Positions 20,635 to 31,112 of a DNA stretch of 64,000 nucleotides are shown here, in pieces. Made by a program: the position numbers and the translations under genes. Source of the DNA: a candidate division FCPU426 bacterium (GTDB lineage: Bacteria; Oederibacteriota; Muellerivitia; Muellerivitales; Muellerivitaceae); the NCBI GenBank assembly GCA_963830915.1, contig CAWHOE010000046.1, positions 64,001 through 128,000 of the forward strand, written 5' to 3'. A model generated the notes under the pieces. It had not been told where the DNA came from. It was given only the letters and a program-made list of their open reading frames with translations, and ran no database searches. Positions within the stretch are counted from its first letter, which is position 1, and the number at the start of each line of letters is the position of its first letter.

Positions 20635-21899
20635 CGCGGGGAACCTTTCGGGAGAAGGGTCTCGCCGATCTTTCCCGCGATATCCAATATCTTTTCCGCT
20701 AAACGACTTTTCAATTCCCTTTTGAGGATCATGGGTTTCGAAAAAATCCTGCTGAAAGCCAATATCTCATTATGGTTGCTCTCAAAACCCGAATCCTTTC
20801 CACCCACCCGGTTGGCGATCAAAAGGTCACAGGGCTTTTTGGCCCATTTAGCTTTGGCATGGGTTCGTAATTTATCCGTCTCCGCCGCGAACCCGACCAC
20901 CACTTGGTGGTCCTTCTTTTTATTCAAAACCTCCCCCAAGATGTCCGGGTTCTTCCTTAAGGTGATCGAAAGGACACCTTTCGATTTCTTCATCTTGCTC
21001 TTGGCGGGGTTTTCCACGGCGTAATCGGCGACCGCGGCCGCCATGATCAAATAATCGGCGCCTTGAAAAGCTTTATGGACTTCAAGTCGCATCTCCTCAG
21101 CGGTCCTTACCGCGATCGTCCTCGCACCTGTCAAAGGAGCCAGCGACGTGGGACCATGGATCAGGGTCACTTCCGCGCCCCGGTTCAAGGCCGCCTGGGC
21201 CAGAGCGTATCCCATCTTTCCGCTAGAGCGGTTGGTGATGAAACGAACAGGATCGATGTCCTCCTGGGTCGGTCCGGCCGTCACAACGACCCTTTTCCCC
21301 CGCCAGGACCCGTGACTCTTGAAATAGGTTTCGACTTGAAAGGATATCTCGGTCGGCTCTACGAACCTTCCCTCGCCCACATCCCCGCAGGCCAAATGTC
21401 CCCGATCCGGCCCCAAGAAACGGACACCCCTCGACCTAAGGATTTTGTGGTTTTGCCGGATGGCTGGATGGTTCCACATGTTGACGTTCATCGCGGGTGC
21501 CATCCAGATCGGACAGGTGGCGTAAAGGCAAAGTGTTGAAAGCAGGTCGTTACCCAGGCCAACCGCGGCTTTCGTCATGAAATCGGCTGAAGCTGGGGCG
21601 ATCAATACCAGGTCCGCTTGACGGGTGAATTCAATATGGGGTACTACCGCGAAAGGGTGGGAACCACTCGGGGTACCGGGAGGTATGGGAGTGGAACCCT
21701 TGAACAGGCTTTTCCAAACCGGGAATCCGGAGGCCCTTCGGAGTTCCTTCTCGGGGACCAAACGGGAACCCGCCTCGGTGATGACCACATGGACTTCGGA
21801 GAATTTCTTCAAAAGATGGATAAGCTCAACGGTCTTATAAGCGGCCACACTGCCTGTGATGCCTAATAACACCTTGGGGATTTTGGGAGAATGAGCCAT
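20631..21899 (-). CDS. coaBC: Bifunctional phosphopantothenoylcysteine decarboxylase/synthase
   Basis: GITGSVAAYK, APAMNVNMW, LACGDVGEGR, TAGPTQEDIDPVRFITNRSSGKMG, GFAAET. Confidence 0.96.
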   Translation of the reverse strand: MAHSPKIPKVLLGITGSVAAYKTVELIHLLKKFSEVHVVITEAGSRLVPEKELRRASGFPVWKSLFKGSTPIPPGTPSGSHPFAVVPHIEFTRQADLVLIAPASADFMTKAAVGLGNDLLSTLCLYATCPIWMAPAMNVNMWNHPAIRQNHKILRSRGVRFLGPDRGHLACGDVGEGRFVEPTEISFQVETYFKSHGSWRGKRVVVTAGPTQEDIDPVRFITNRSSGKMGYALAQAALNRGAEVTLIHGPTSLAPLTGARTIAVRTAEEMRLEVHKAFQGADYLIMAAAVADYAVENPAKSKMKKSKGVLSITLRKNPDILGEVLNKKKDHQVVVGFAAETDKLRTHAKAKWAKKPCDLLIANRVGGKDSGFESNHNEILAFSRIFSKPMILKRELKSRLAEKILDIAGKIGETLLPKGSPR

Positions 21900-21992
21900 G
21901 GAAGATCAGCTGTCGGTCCGAAACTGGGGTTGGCAAACGGGAGATCAAATAGAAAATTCCTGAACTGTCAACCTACAGCCGTTGACCGCCTC

Positions 21993-22220
21993 TCAGTCTT
22001 TTTCTCTTCGCTTCTTGGCCGGTACCGGGGTGTTGGTATAAGCCACTTTACTGGCCATGAACTCACTGAGAGCCTGCAGGATGACCTTCTCCGTATCCAC
22101 GGTCATATTGTGTTTCTCGGCCCTATCCAGCAATTGCCTGGCCCTTTTCGATGCCACTAATACGGAAATATACCTGTTATCCAATAAACCTAATGTCGGG
22201 TCTTTCTTTTCTTCGGTCAT
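21993..22220 (-). CDS. rpoZ: RNA polymerase omega subunit
   Basis: NRYISVLVASKRARQL...ALSE; lies between gmk and coaBC. Confidence 0.88.
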   Translation of the reverse strand: MTEEKKDPTLGLLDNRYISVLVASKRARQLLDRAEKHNMTVDTEKVILQALSEFMASKVAYTNTPVPAKKRREKD

Positions 22221-22379
22221 GCTCCCCCTCCGGGTGGGTACTTTTTAGGTGTCAAATGTTAAAGAAGAACGCAAATTATACTCAAAACCCAGCGTAATCG
22301 TATAATAAAAGCCTTCATTTCACGAACTAAACAAGGCCTAAAATGGTCGTTTCAGCAGGTCAATAAAGCTGTTTTTATA

Positions 22380-22979
22380 CTAGTTTGTACTCATTAAGGC
22401 CTTCTTGGCCGATTCCAATCGTTCCGTTTGAAGGATTTTCGCCACATCAGCGACCGCCTTGGAAAGGCGATCATTGACCACCCGATATCGATAATAGCGT
22501 CCCTGTCGGATCTCCCCTTTGGCGTTTTGAAGCCTGACAGCCAATGCTTTCCCATCCTCGCTTTGACGACCCAGAAGCCTCTTTTTCAATACGGTGAAAC
22601 TGGGAGGTTTCAGGAAGATCAATACCGCTCCCGGATCCTGTTTTTTGACCGATTTTCCGCCTTGGACATCGATGACCAACAGTACATCCTTGCCCTTGGC
22701 TCTTTGGGCGTTCACCCAGGCTTTAGGTGTGCCGTAATAATGCCGATGGACCTTGGCCCATTCCAGGAAAGAACCGGACAAGATCATTTTTTTGAAACGC
22801 GCTGGGGGCACAAAAAAATAGTCCCGGCCCGCCTTTTCGCCGATCCTGGGTTGACGGGTCGTGCAAGAAACAGAACGAACGAGGTTTTTATCCCGCTTCA
22901 ACAGCTTTTGAGCGATGGTGGTCTTGCCCCCTCCCGACGGAGAGGAAAGGACGATCATCAATCCAGCCCGCTTTTTCAT
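22380..22979 (-). CDS. gmk: Guanylate kinase
   Basis: SSPSGGGKTT, SVSCTTRQPR, DYFF, FLEWAKVH..YYGT, IDVQG. Confidence 0.96.
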   Translation of the reverse strand: MKKRAGLMIVLSSPSGGGKTTIAQKLLKRDKNLVRSVSCTTRQPRIGEKAGRDYFFVPPARFKKMILSGSFLEWAKVHRHYYGTPKAWVNAQRAKGKDVLLVIDVQGGKSVKKQDPGAVLIFLKPPSFTVLKKRLLGRQSEDGKALAVRLQNAKGEIRQGRYYRYRVVNDRLSKAVADVAKILQTERLESAKKALMSTN

Positions 22980-23000
22980 TGATTTTATATCCCGACTTAT

Positions 23001-23873
23001 TTATTCGATGTTTTGTATCTGTTCCCGTAACTGTTCCAACAGTTCCTTCAGCCTCACGACGTTATGGGCCATTTTGGAATCAGCGGACTTGGAACCGATG
23101 GTATTGGTTTCCCGGTTCATTTCCTGGATGAGGAAGTCCAATTTCCGGCCAACACTCCCCTTTTCCTTCAGGGTATCCTGCAATGCGGCCAGATGACTGT
23201 CCAATCGGGTCAATTCTTCCGAGATATCGTGACGTTGGATCAAGACGCTCTCCTCCGTGGCCAACCGGGCCTGGTCCTGTAGGGGAGCGGGTAAATACTC
23301 GGCGATCTTATCCTTGAAGGCCTTCACTTTCTCCGCCATCAGCACTTTATGACGCTGGCGCAGTTGGAGGACAATGTTCGTGATCTCTTTGGCCCTTTCC
23401 AACATATCCTTACCTAGCCGCCCTCCCTCGACCTGACGCATCTTTTCCAAAGCCTTCAGCGCTTCCTGGACCGCCTCGCCGACCGCTTTTCGTTGCTCCG
23501 TTTCCATCCGCTCGGTCTCCACAACCATCAGCACGTCGGGCATTTTGAGAAGGGTCTCGATGGAAAGCTCGCCCTTGAGCTTGAACCTTTTGGAAGCCTT
23601 TTGGGCGGCATGAAGATATTCGGTTAGGAGATCCTCATTGACGACTACTGTCTTGGCCTTCATGGGCGACAGGTCTTTGAGGAAAAAATCGACTTTTCCC
23701 CTGGTCACCGAGGCCAGGATGAGCTCGCGCACTTCCGGTTCCATGAATTGGAAGAAGGTCGGCATCTTCAAATTGATGTCGTGGTACTTGTGATTGACGG
23801 TCTTGATCTCAGCCACCACCTGGAAGGATTTGGTCTGCCCGGATCCGCGGCCAAAACCAGTCATGCTTCTCAT
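23001..23873 (-). CDS. yicC: YicC/YloC family endoribonuclease
   Basis: MRSMTGFGR, DISEELTRL, GRKLDFLIQEMNRETNTIGSK, REQIQNIE. Confidence 0.95.
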   Translation of the reverse strand: MRSMTGFGRGSGQTKSFQVVAEIKTVNHKYHDINLKMPTFFQFMEPEVRELILASVTRGKVDFFLKDLSPMKAKTVVVNEDLLTEYLHAAQKASKRFKLKGELSIETLLKMPDVLMVVETERMETEQRKAVGEAVQEALKALEKMRQVEGGRLGKDMLERAKEITNIVLQLRQRHKVLMAEKVKAFKDKIAEYLPAPLQDQARLATEESVLIQRHDISEELTRLDSHLAALQDTLKEKGSVGRKLDFLIQEMNRETNTIGSKSADSKMAHNVVRLKELLEQLREQIQNIE

Positions 23874-24013
23874 AATTCCCCCGTATCTCAAGGATGATCC
23901 AACAGGGCAAAAGCCCTATCGGGACTCAGCCAACATTATATTCTTTTTGAGGATCTTTCGGACGACATCAAACCCACCATAAACGACGACCCTTTCCAAC
24001 CCAGGAACGTCCG

Positions 24014-25027
24014 CTAATCCTTTTCGACCGCTCCCACGATCTTCCAAGCTCCCTCTTTTTTGGAAAGGTTGAAACTTTTATCGATCTTTTGGGTTTTTCC
24101 AAGCCTTTTATCCATCCAACTCAGCGTGAAAGTCGCCGTGGCATAATCGCCATTGATGACCATCCCCGCCAACTCCGCTTTTAATTGGAGTGATTTCTGG
24201 TCGTTGGATATCAATATCTGCTGATAGTCGCTGTTCCACTGCGCCCTTCCCGGGAACATCTCATCGAAGTAAGGGTTCATTTTCGTCTGGCTGCCGCTTT
24301 CCAGCGCCCCGCAAAAATTCACCGTGAAATGCTGGAGTTCGTATCGATCCACCGATATTCCCCTAGACCCAATGGGCGTATACCAATCCAATTGGGAAAG
24401 GCTTGAGGTTAATTCCTTCAGCCATTTTTGCTCCTTTTCCGTTCCGGTGAGGGTCTCGGGTACGATCGCGTGCACCTTGACGACCAGGTCATCTTTTTTC
24501 AGGCCCCATTCCTCATCCAGCCATTTTTGACCCCTATAATCGACCACATGAAAGGGGACCATAATCCAGACCAGCGAATCCCCTGTTTTCCATTCCCCAG
24601 TCTTGTCGACCTTGACTACCTGGAATTGATGATTGGTTAGGTCCTGTTGGGCGTCCGCCTGCCAGCTTTTCGCTGAAAAGGTCAAGGAAGGATCGGCAAT
24701 CTGTACCGCCACCCGGACGATCATTTGATAACCAGGATCAGAAAACCGGGCTACCTCATCCACTTCCTGGTCAGCTGAAAGTTTCAAATACACCCATTTT
24801 GTGGGTACCGGAAACCCAAATCCGTAATCGACCTGGACAAATTGTCCGTTAGAGACCCCCGTATCCACCGCAGGCGGAAGGGGCAAGGTGTTTTGAGCGA
24901 ACCTTGGTTTTGTTTTACAGCCGATCGATATCAACAAAAGGGCCATCATCAGCATGACCAAGCGCCAGTTTGATCGACGAATAACGAACCTCAAACCGGA
25001 AATATTCCTAGGAAAATTATTTTTCAA
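24014..25027 (-). CDS. Hypothetical lipoprotein
   Basis: Lipobox-like LLLISIGC; overlaps the moxR stop codon. True start may be downstream. Confidence 0.65.
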   Translation of the reverse strand: MKNNFPRNISGLRFVIRRSNWRLVMLMMALLLISIGCKTKPRFAQNTLPLPPAVDTGVSNGQFVQVDYGFGFPVPTKWVYLKLSADQEVDEVARFSDPGYQMIVRVAVQIADPSLTFSAKSWQADAQQDLTNHQFQVVKVDKTGEWKTGDSLVWIMVPFHVVDYRGQKWLDEEWGLKKDDLVVKVHAIVPETLTGTEKEQKWLKELTSSLSQLDWYTPIGSRGISVDRYELQHFTVNFCGALESGSQTKMNPYFDEMFPGRAQWNSDYQQILISNDQKSLQLKAELAGMVINGDYATATFTLSWMDKRLGKTQKIDKSFNLSKKEGAWKIVGAVEKD

Positions 25028-26013
25028 GGAACAGGCACCTTATTGAGTATCTGTTGGATCACATCATCGGTCTTGAGATTCTGCGCCTCCGCCTCATAAG
25101 TGAGGATCAGCCGGTGCCTCATTACATCGGGGGCCAAAGCTTTGACATCCTCCGGGGTCGCGTAACCGCGCCCGTTCATGAAGGCCCGTGCCTTGGCGGT
25201 GTTCGTCATACCGAGCGAGGCCCGGGGACTGGCTCCATACTCGATCAACGAGGTCAGGTTATCCAGCTTGTAGGCCTTGGGGTTGCGGCTGGCCGTCACT
25301 AAATGAACGATATAATCTTTCAATGTCTCGCTGACATAGACATTATCCACCAGCTTTTGGGCCTTTAAGATGGCCTGCGCCGATAGGATCTCGTTGGTCT
25401 TGATGGAGGCTCCTGAAGCCATACGGGTGATGATCTCTTTTTCATCCTCGAAACCAGGATAGCCAACGAAAACCTTCATCAAGAAACGGTCGACCTGCGC
25501 CTCAGGCAGCGGATAGGTTCCCTCATGCTCGATGGGATTCTGGGTGGCCATTACGAAGAAGGGTTCTTCCAGCTTGAAGGTATCCGGTCCGATGGTGACC
25601 TGATGTTCCTGCATGGACTCAAGCAAGGCCGACTGGACCTTGGCGGGAGCGCGGTTGATCTCATCGGCCAGCACCAGATTGGCGAAGACCGGGCCCTTCT
25701 GTGTCTTGAACTCGCCTTTGGCCGGCATATAGATGCGCGTCCCCAAAAGATCCGCCGGTAGAAGGTCCGGAGTGAACTGGATACGGCTGAAAGACACACC
25801 CAACACCTCCGAAAGGGTGCGAATGGCCAGGGTCTTGGCCAACCCGGGCAACCCTTCCAGAAGCAGGTGCCCTTTCGCCAGCAGCCCCAGCAACAACCTT
25901 TCCACCAAGTCTTCCTGGCCCACAATGACCTTCTTCACTTCTTCCTTGGCCTTTTGGAACTGTTCGCTCAGCCTCTGGCCTTCTTGTGTCAGTTCTTCGT
26001 TCTGTGTCGCCAT
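25024..26013 (-). CDS. moxR: MoxR-family AAA+ ATPase
   Basis: LEGLPGLAKT, RIQFTPDLLPAD, LADEINRAPAKVQSALLE, ATQNPIEHEGTYPLPEAQVDRF. Confidence 0.95.
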   Translation of the reverse strand: MATQNEELTQEGQRLSEQFQKAKEEVKKVIVGQEDLVERLLLGLLAKGHLLLEGLPGLAKTLAIRTLSEVLGVSFSRIQFTPDLLPADLLGTRIYMPAKGEFKTQKGPVFANLVLADEINRAPAKVQSALLESMQEHQVTIGPDTFKLEEPFFVMATQNPIEHEGTYPLPEAQVDRFLMKVFVGYPGFEDEKEIITRMASGASIKTNEILSAQAILKAQKLVDNVYVSETLKDYIVHLVTASRNPKAYKLDNLTSLIEYGASPRASLGMTNTAKARAFMNGRGYATPEDVKALAPDVMRHRLILTYEAEAQNLKTDDVIQQILNKVPVP

Positions 26014-26055
26014 TTTAGCTCCTTGAGATTTCACCGCTACTTCGCGGTATCCACT

Positions 26056-27048
26056 TTAAGATTTCTGCATCTTCGGCAGCAAAGCCGAACATTGACTCCT
26101 CAGATTATCCCGGCCGGTCAGATTTCCATCCGCGTACAGGACCCGGTCGCAAATTTTAAGGCACTTTTCCACTGCTTCCATCTCATCCTTTGTCAGCTTG
26201 TACTTTTTCAATTCTTTCAGGATCTCCTCGGTGGTGTAATCCACCGCTGGGAAACCCAGGCGATATTGGAGACAATCCCGCAGCAGGCTGGAAAGGGCCA
26301 AGCAGAACTCCTTGGCCGAGAGCTCCTCATTGGAAAGTTTCCGCCAGGCTTCCCTCAATTCAGCCGCTTTACCCAATAAGACCGGCTGATTCTTGGTTTT
26401 TTTCGGCCTGGAAAAACGCCACCAGATATAACCGGCGATAATGATCACCAACACCAGCCAAAAAATGATCTTGATGGCCATAATGGAGTCATCGATCAAG
26501 GGTTTGATCCCCCGAAGTTGGTCATCAGGCGTGACCGGGGGATTGGTCTGAGGATTCTGGACCGGCGGGTTTTGTTTTTTCGATCCAAAAAAAGAGAAGG
26601 GTTTCTTGGCGGTCACCGTGACTGAAACAACGTTCGATTTGATCTCGCGCCTCTTACCTGAGGGATCCTGGTAAAGCAAAAGAGCCGGGCCCAATGTCTC
26701 GCTCCCGGCCTTGGTCGCTTCCAGGGTATATCGGGTCGTCGCGACGGCCGCCGTCTGCTGGTTGACGATGGTGACCTGGTTGAAAGAACTGGCCCCCCTT
26801 ATCTGGAATAATTCCGGGGTGGGAATGGTCGGATCCTGCAAGACCGTGCTGTTCCCGTTCCCGACCTGCTTGAACTCGATGGAAACGGTGATCTTATCGC
26901 CCACCTCCACCTCACGGTTGTCCACATCCAGGATCAAACCGACCGTCTCGCCCTGATTTTGGGCCCAAAGCCTTCCGCCCCCCTGGATCAATACCACCCA
27001 AGACAGGGCAAGGCTCAAGATCAATAATTTCCTAGTTTTCGCGATCAT
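26056..27048 (-). CDS. BatD-like membrane protein
   Basis: Signal peptide, VDNREVEVGD Ig-like domain, LRGIKP plus TM and helical tail; Bat operon context. Confidence 0.75.
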   Translation of the reverse strand: MIAKTRKLLILSLALSWVVLIQGGGRLWAQNQGETVGLILDVDNREVEVGDKITVSIEFKQVGNGNSTVLQDPTIPTPELFQIRGASSFNQVTIVNQQTAAVATTRYTLEATKAGSETLGPALLLYQDPSGKRREIKSNVVSVTVTAKKPFSFFGSKKQNPPVQNPQTNPPVTPDDQLRGIKPLIDDSIMAIKIIFWLVLVIIIAGYIWWRFSRPKKTKNQPVLLGKAAELREAWRKLSNEELSAKEFCLALSSLLRDCLQYRLGFPAVDYTTEEILKELKKYKLTKDEMEAVEKCLKICDRVLYADGNLTGRDNLRSQCSALLPKMQKS

Positions 27049-27122
27049 TTCATTTCACCTCATGGTTTAAGAACGGCGTATTTTACCCTTGTCCCACATC
27101 CCTTGCATCGTCAAAGTCGATC

Positions 27123-28070
27123 TCACCAATCCTCCTGTACCTGATCGCCACTGTTGTCCGGCTTGCCAAAGAACTTCTTCATGAATTCCTGTTGTTCCCT
27201 GGGCAGAAAATTCCACATAGCGCTTTGTTTTTGCTGCTCCCGCTTGGGATTGGCCGAATAGTAACGCTGGGTCTGCTCCTCTTGTTTTTGCATTTTGGAA
27301 TATAGCTCCTGGATCTGTTGGTCACTCAAACCCAGTTCTTTTTTAGCCTGTTCCTGTCTCTGTTGGTCCTCCTGGTTTTGTCTCGCCTGGGCCGGGTCCG
27401 GTTTCCCCTGGGGATCGGGTTTGGGTTGGCCATTCTTGTCCTTGTTTTGGGGATTATTGGCCTGATCCTTTTTTTGATCTTGCTGGTTTCCGTTCGATTG
27501 TTTTTGCTGGTTCGACTGGTTCTGTTGCTGGTCCTTCGGCTGTTGCTTCTGCTGTTGATCCTTGGACTGTTGTTGTTGATCTTGCTGTTTTTTCTTTTCC
27601 TGTTCTTCTTTCTTTTTTTGATCGCTCTTGTCCGATTTGGGGTCTTGTTTCAGTTTCTTTTCGGCCAGGTCCAGGTTGAACTTGGCGTCGGCGTCTTTCG
27701 GATCCAGTTGAAGGGCTTTTTGATAGGCTTCAATGGCGTCCTTATAACGCTCTTGTTGGAAATAACTATTGCCCAGGTTATACCACCCCTGTTCCAGGGT
27801 CGGTTTCTTTTGAAGGACTTGCTCAAAAGCGTTCTGAGAATCCTCATACTTGCCCTGTTGGTAAAGGGTGTTCCCCAGGTCGTAAAGGGCGTTCATGTCA
27901 TCCGGGTTCCCTTTCACCTTGTCCTCGTAATATTTCTCAGCGTTTTGGTAATCCTTGTTCTCGTAGGCGCTTTTTCCCGAGGAAAGATCGAATGCCATCG
28001 ATGGACTCGCCAATGAGAGGAGCGCAAGGCCCAAAAGCGGGAAATAGATTTTTAACGAAAGACTTTTCAT
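27123..28070 (-). CDS. BatC-like TPR protein with Gln-rich linker
   Basis: YDLGNTLY, WYNLGNSYF, DADAKFNLDLA, Q/K-rich tract, terminal EDW. Confidence 0.85.
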   Translation of the reverse strand: MKSLSLKIYFPLLGLALLSLASPSMAFDLSSGKSAYENKDYQNAEKYYEDKVKGNPDDMNALYDLGNTLYQQGKYEDSQNAFEQVLQKKPTLEQGWYNLGNSYFQQERYKDAIEAYQKALQLDPKDADAKFNLDLAEKKLKQDPKSDKSDQKKKEEQEKKKQQDQQQQSKDQQQKQQPKDQQQNQSNQQKQSNGNQQDQKKDQANNPQNKDKNGQPKPDPQGKPDPAQARQNQEDQQRQEQAKKELGLSDQQIQELYSKMQKQEEQTQRYYSANPKREQQKQSAMWNFLPREQQEFMKKFFGKPDNSGDQVQEDW

Positions 28071-28080
28071 TTCATTCCCT

Positions 28081-29070
28081 CTACAAGATCGATGACAGGA
28101 AAACCGCGCCCGCCGCCAAAGCTCCCAGCGCGGGGGATAATTCCTGCCGTTTCATGGCGCCCTGCCCCTTCATCTGGGTCTTCTGTAAACCTTCCAACCT
28201 GTTCCCGATGGAATTCAGGTTTTCGTAACTATCCCCTGGTATATAGACGCCGCCGGTGGTGTCAGCGATACTTTTAAGTGTTTTTTCGTCCAAATGGCTC
28301 ACATGGACACTCCCGTTAGCGTCCCTTTTATAATTGGCCTCTCCCCAAAAGGAAACCCCATCCGGGATCGGACGTCCTTGGGGTGTGCCCATTCCCACCG
28401 AAATGATTGGGATCTTCATGTCTTTTGCCCTTTGGAGCACTTCCGGAAGGCTGGCCGAACCCTCGGTGATCTCGCCGTCGGTGAGAAGCAGAATGACCTT
28501 CCCTCTTTTGGATTGATCGTCCTTGCCGAAAGCGTCCAAGGCCGTCCGGATCCCTTCCCCGATATCGGTACCGCCGCGGTCCACCGAGTCCACATCCGCT
28601 TTGCTCAGGACCATATTGACGGCCTCCAGGTCAAGCGTCAGGGGCACCTGGACCAAAGCCTCGCCCGCGAAAATGACCACTCCCACTCGATCACCCTGTC
28701 TTCCTTCCAGCCAAGTGGCGACCGCTTTTTTGGCGGCGTCCAATCGGCAGGGCGCGATGTCCTGGGTCATCATGCTCTTGGATACGTCCAAAACGACCAT
28801 GATATCCACGCCGCTCACGTTAAGGTCTTCCGGAACGGACTTTCCTTGCAAACGGGCCGCTCCCAAAAGCGCCAACCCCAGGCCAATGATCACGAACAGG
28901 CCTTTCATGATCCTCCGACCCCAGGTCAGTTCGGGTGCCCAGACCAGGTTCTGGTATCCCAGCAAACGCAGGTCTCGTTTATCCCTCCAAAGGGTGAACA
29001 ATGCCGAAATCAGCGCGATCAAGAACAGCGCCGCCAAAGGAAGGAGCCAGGTCATGTTCGCGATGTTCAT
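28081..29070 (-). CDS. BatB-like VWA-domain membrane protein
   Basis: LDVSKSM (MIDAS), DRVGVVIFAG, PLTLD, GTDIG, LLTDGE. Confidence 0.88.
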   Translation of the reverse strand: MNIANMTWLLPLAALFLIALISALFTLWRDKRDLRLLGYQNLVWAPELTWGRRIMKGLFVIIGLGLALLGAARLQGKSVPEDLNVSGVDIMVVLDVSKSMMTQDIAPCRLDAAKKAVATWLEGRQGDRVGVVIFAGEALVQVPLTLDLEAVNMVLSKADVDSVDRGGTDIGEGIRTALDAFGKDDQSKRGKVILLLTDGEITEGSASLPEVLQRAKDMKIPIISVGMGTPQGRPIPDGVSFWGEANYKRDANGSVHVSHLDEKTLKSIADTTGGVYIPGDSYENLNSIGNRLEGLQKTQMKGQGAMKRQELSPALGALAAGAVFLSSIL

Positions 29071-30185
29071 GGCAGGGTCCTTAACACCGTCATCTCCAAC
29101 CCCATATCAAAAAGGAGGAGGATGAAAGCCCCCAGAAGGAAATAAGCCGCCAGTTCGTTGTACTCCCAATGAGTGACCGTGACCACATCGTGCTTTTCCA
29201 ACCGGGCGACGTCATCCAAGATGGCCTGAAGGGACCGATTGTCGGTGGCGGCATAAGCTTTTCCGCCTGTGATCCGGGCGATCTCAGTCAGTAGGCCCAT
29301 ATCCACCGGGTCGCTCAGGGCCATTTCCCCTGTTCTCGGGTCGATGTAAGGTCCCACATGACCATCCGGATATTCCCCCATGGCCAGGACCCTGTTCTTG
29401 GCGCCCATGCCGACGGTATAAACCTTGATGCCCCGGCTGACGGCGATCTTGGCCGCCGTCAGGGGATCCACCATCCCGGCGTTGTTTCCGCCGTCCGTCA
29501 AGAGGAGGATCGCCTGGGTGTTCTTGGCCGGTTCCTCAGAAGAGGTTTCCGTTCCCAGGAGTTTGGACGCCAGGGAAGCGGCGGCGGAAGTCGGGGTCGG
29601 CGTTCCCTTCCCCGTGCCTTGTTGCAATCGGTTCAAGCAGGACACCAACGCGTCCCCGATCGCGGTCCCATCCAATTTGATCGAGTGGGGGGCCGGCTCC
29701 ACATTCGCTAAAAGTTGTTTCACGATACTGATGTCAGTGGTCAAGGGGCATTGGGTGAAACTGATACGGGCGAAAATGGTCAGACCCACCCGCACATTCT
29801 GGACCTTGTCCAGGAACTCGCTCAGGAGTTTCTTGGCCGCCGTGATCCGGTTGGGTTGAAGGTCGTTCGTCACCATGGACCCGGAAACATCGAGCGCCAC
29901 GAAAAGGTCGGTGGCCTGTGTCTTCGTTTCCACTTTCTTCTGCCCCGCCTGGGGCCGGGCCGCCGCGATCAAGCACAAGAGCAGGACAAGGAACCGCAAG
30001 ACCCAGGGTAACCATTGGGCCGTCAGGGTTCCCGACCCCATCTCCACCAACCGGGGATTACCGATATAAAGGGTCGTGTGTTTCAACCTCGTGGTCAGGA
30101 AGAACAGCAATAGGGCCAGGGGCAAAAAGAAGATCGAATAAAGCCAGTTCGGGTCGGCGAAATGGAAACCTTGGAGGTTCATCAC
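29067..30185 (-). CDS. BatA-like VWA-domain membrane protein
   Basis: FADPNWL, AARPQ, LDVSGSM, PNRITAAK, GTAIGDAL, LLTDGGNNAG. Confidence 0.9.
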   Translation of the reverse strand: MMNLQGFHFADPNWLYSIFFLPLALLLFFLTTRLKHTTLYIGNPRLVEMGSGTLTAQWLPWVLRFLVLLLCLIAAARPQAGQKKVETKTQATDLFVALDVSGSMVTNDLQPNRITAAKKLLSEFLDKVQNVRVGLTIFARISFTQCPLTTDISIVKQLLANVEPAPHSIKLDGTAIGDALVSCLNRLQQGTGKGTPTPTSAAASLASKLLGTETSSEEPAKNTQAILLLTDGGNNAGMVDPLTAAKIAVSRGIKVYTVGMGAKNRVLAMGEYPDGHVGPYIDPRTGEMALSDPVDMGLLTEIARITGGKAYAATDNRSLQAILDDVARLEKHDVVTVTHWEYNELAAYFLLGAFILLLFDMGLEMTVLRTLP

Positions 30186-31063
30186 CGCCTCCCCAACCGC
30201 TCGATGCGGGTCTTGAAGAATTTCAAAAGGGGCGGGACCACATTGGACCCGGCCTGGACCTCCAGCCGGTCCACACCCATGGAAGTGAGCGCCTTCAATT
30301 GTTTCTCGCGGAAATCCATGGCCTTACGGAAAGCCTCATTGGACCCGGGCGACAGATAACCCACTCGGCCCGTTTCGGGATCCCTCACCGCTACCCGGGC
30401 CGGAAGGAATGGGGCTTTTTCCAATGGGTCCTGGATGACCGCCGCGATGACGTCATTTCGTTTGGCCAGGACGCTGGCCGTATCCATGGGGATGGGATCG
30501 GTGAAATCGGAGACCAGGACCAGGACGCTTCGTCTTTTCAGCACCTTGGACAACATTCCGAAGGCTGGCTTATAGTCGGTCTTTTTCCCTGCCGGTCGAT
30601 AACCGATGAGTTTTCGCAGCACGCCCATGGTGGCGGTTTTGCCCCTTTTGGGCGGCGCGAAGTATTCCACCCGATCGGTGAAAACCATCAAGCCGACTCG
30701 GTCCTGATGTTGGACCGCCGCGAAAGCCATGACCGCGCAAAGCCGGAGGGCTGTTTCCCGTTTGCTCATGGCGCCCGACGCGTACCAAAGGGAAGCCGAC
30801 AGGTCCACCGCCAGAACGATCTGCAGTTCCCGTTCCTCCACGTAGGTCTTGATATAGGGGGCGTTGAGACGGGCCGTGACGTTCCAATCAATGGTCCGGT
30901 AATCGTCCTCGGGCGTATATTCGCGGACTTGATGGAACTCCAAGCCTCTCCCCCGGAAGGTGCTCTTGTAAAAGCCCTTCAACAGGGTATCGACCGCTCC
31001 CCGGGTGACGATCTCCAAACGCCGGACTTCGTTAAGGATGGAAAGTGGATCGGATTTGTTCAT
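30182..31063 (-). CDS. DUF58-domain protein (MoxR-associated)
   Basis: FRGRGLEFHQVREYTPEDDYRTIDWNVTAR, YVEERE, DRVGL, VSDF. Confidence 0.92.
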   Translation of the reverse strand: MNKSDPLSILNEVRRLEIVTRGAVDTLLKGFYKSTFRGRGLEFHQVREYTPEDDYRTIDWNVTARLNAPYIKTYVEERELQIVLAVDLSASLWYASGAMSKRETALRLCAVMAFAAVQHQDRVGLMVFTDRVEYFAPPKRGKTATMGVLRKLIGYRPAGKKTDYKPAFGMLSKVLKRRSVLVLVSDFTDPIPMDTASVLAKRNDVIAAVIQDPLEKAPFLPARVAVRDPETGRVGYLSPGSNEAFRKAMDFREKQLKALTSMGVDRLEVQAGSNVVPPLLKFFKTRIERLGRR

Positions 31064-31112
31064 CGGTATTTAGACGTTCTTTTCATAGGAAGAGTTTTAC
31101 GGCCAGCGATGA

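Noticed and set aside
21900..22379. tRNA or riboswitch in the gaps around rpoZ
   Set aside because: No cloverleaf, T-loop or recognisable aptamer consensus found.
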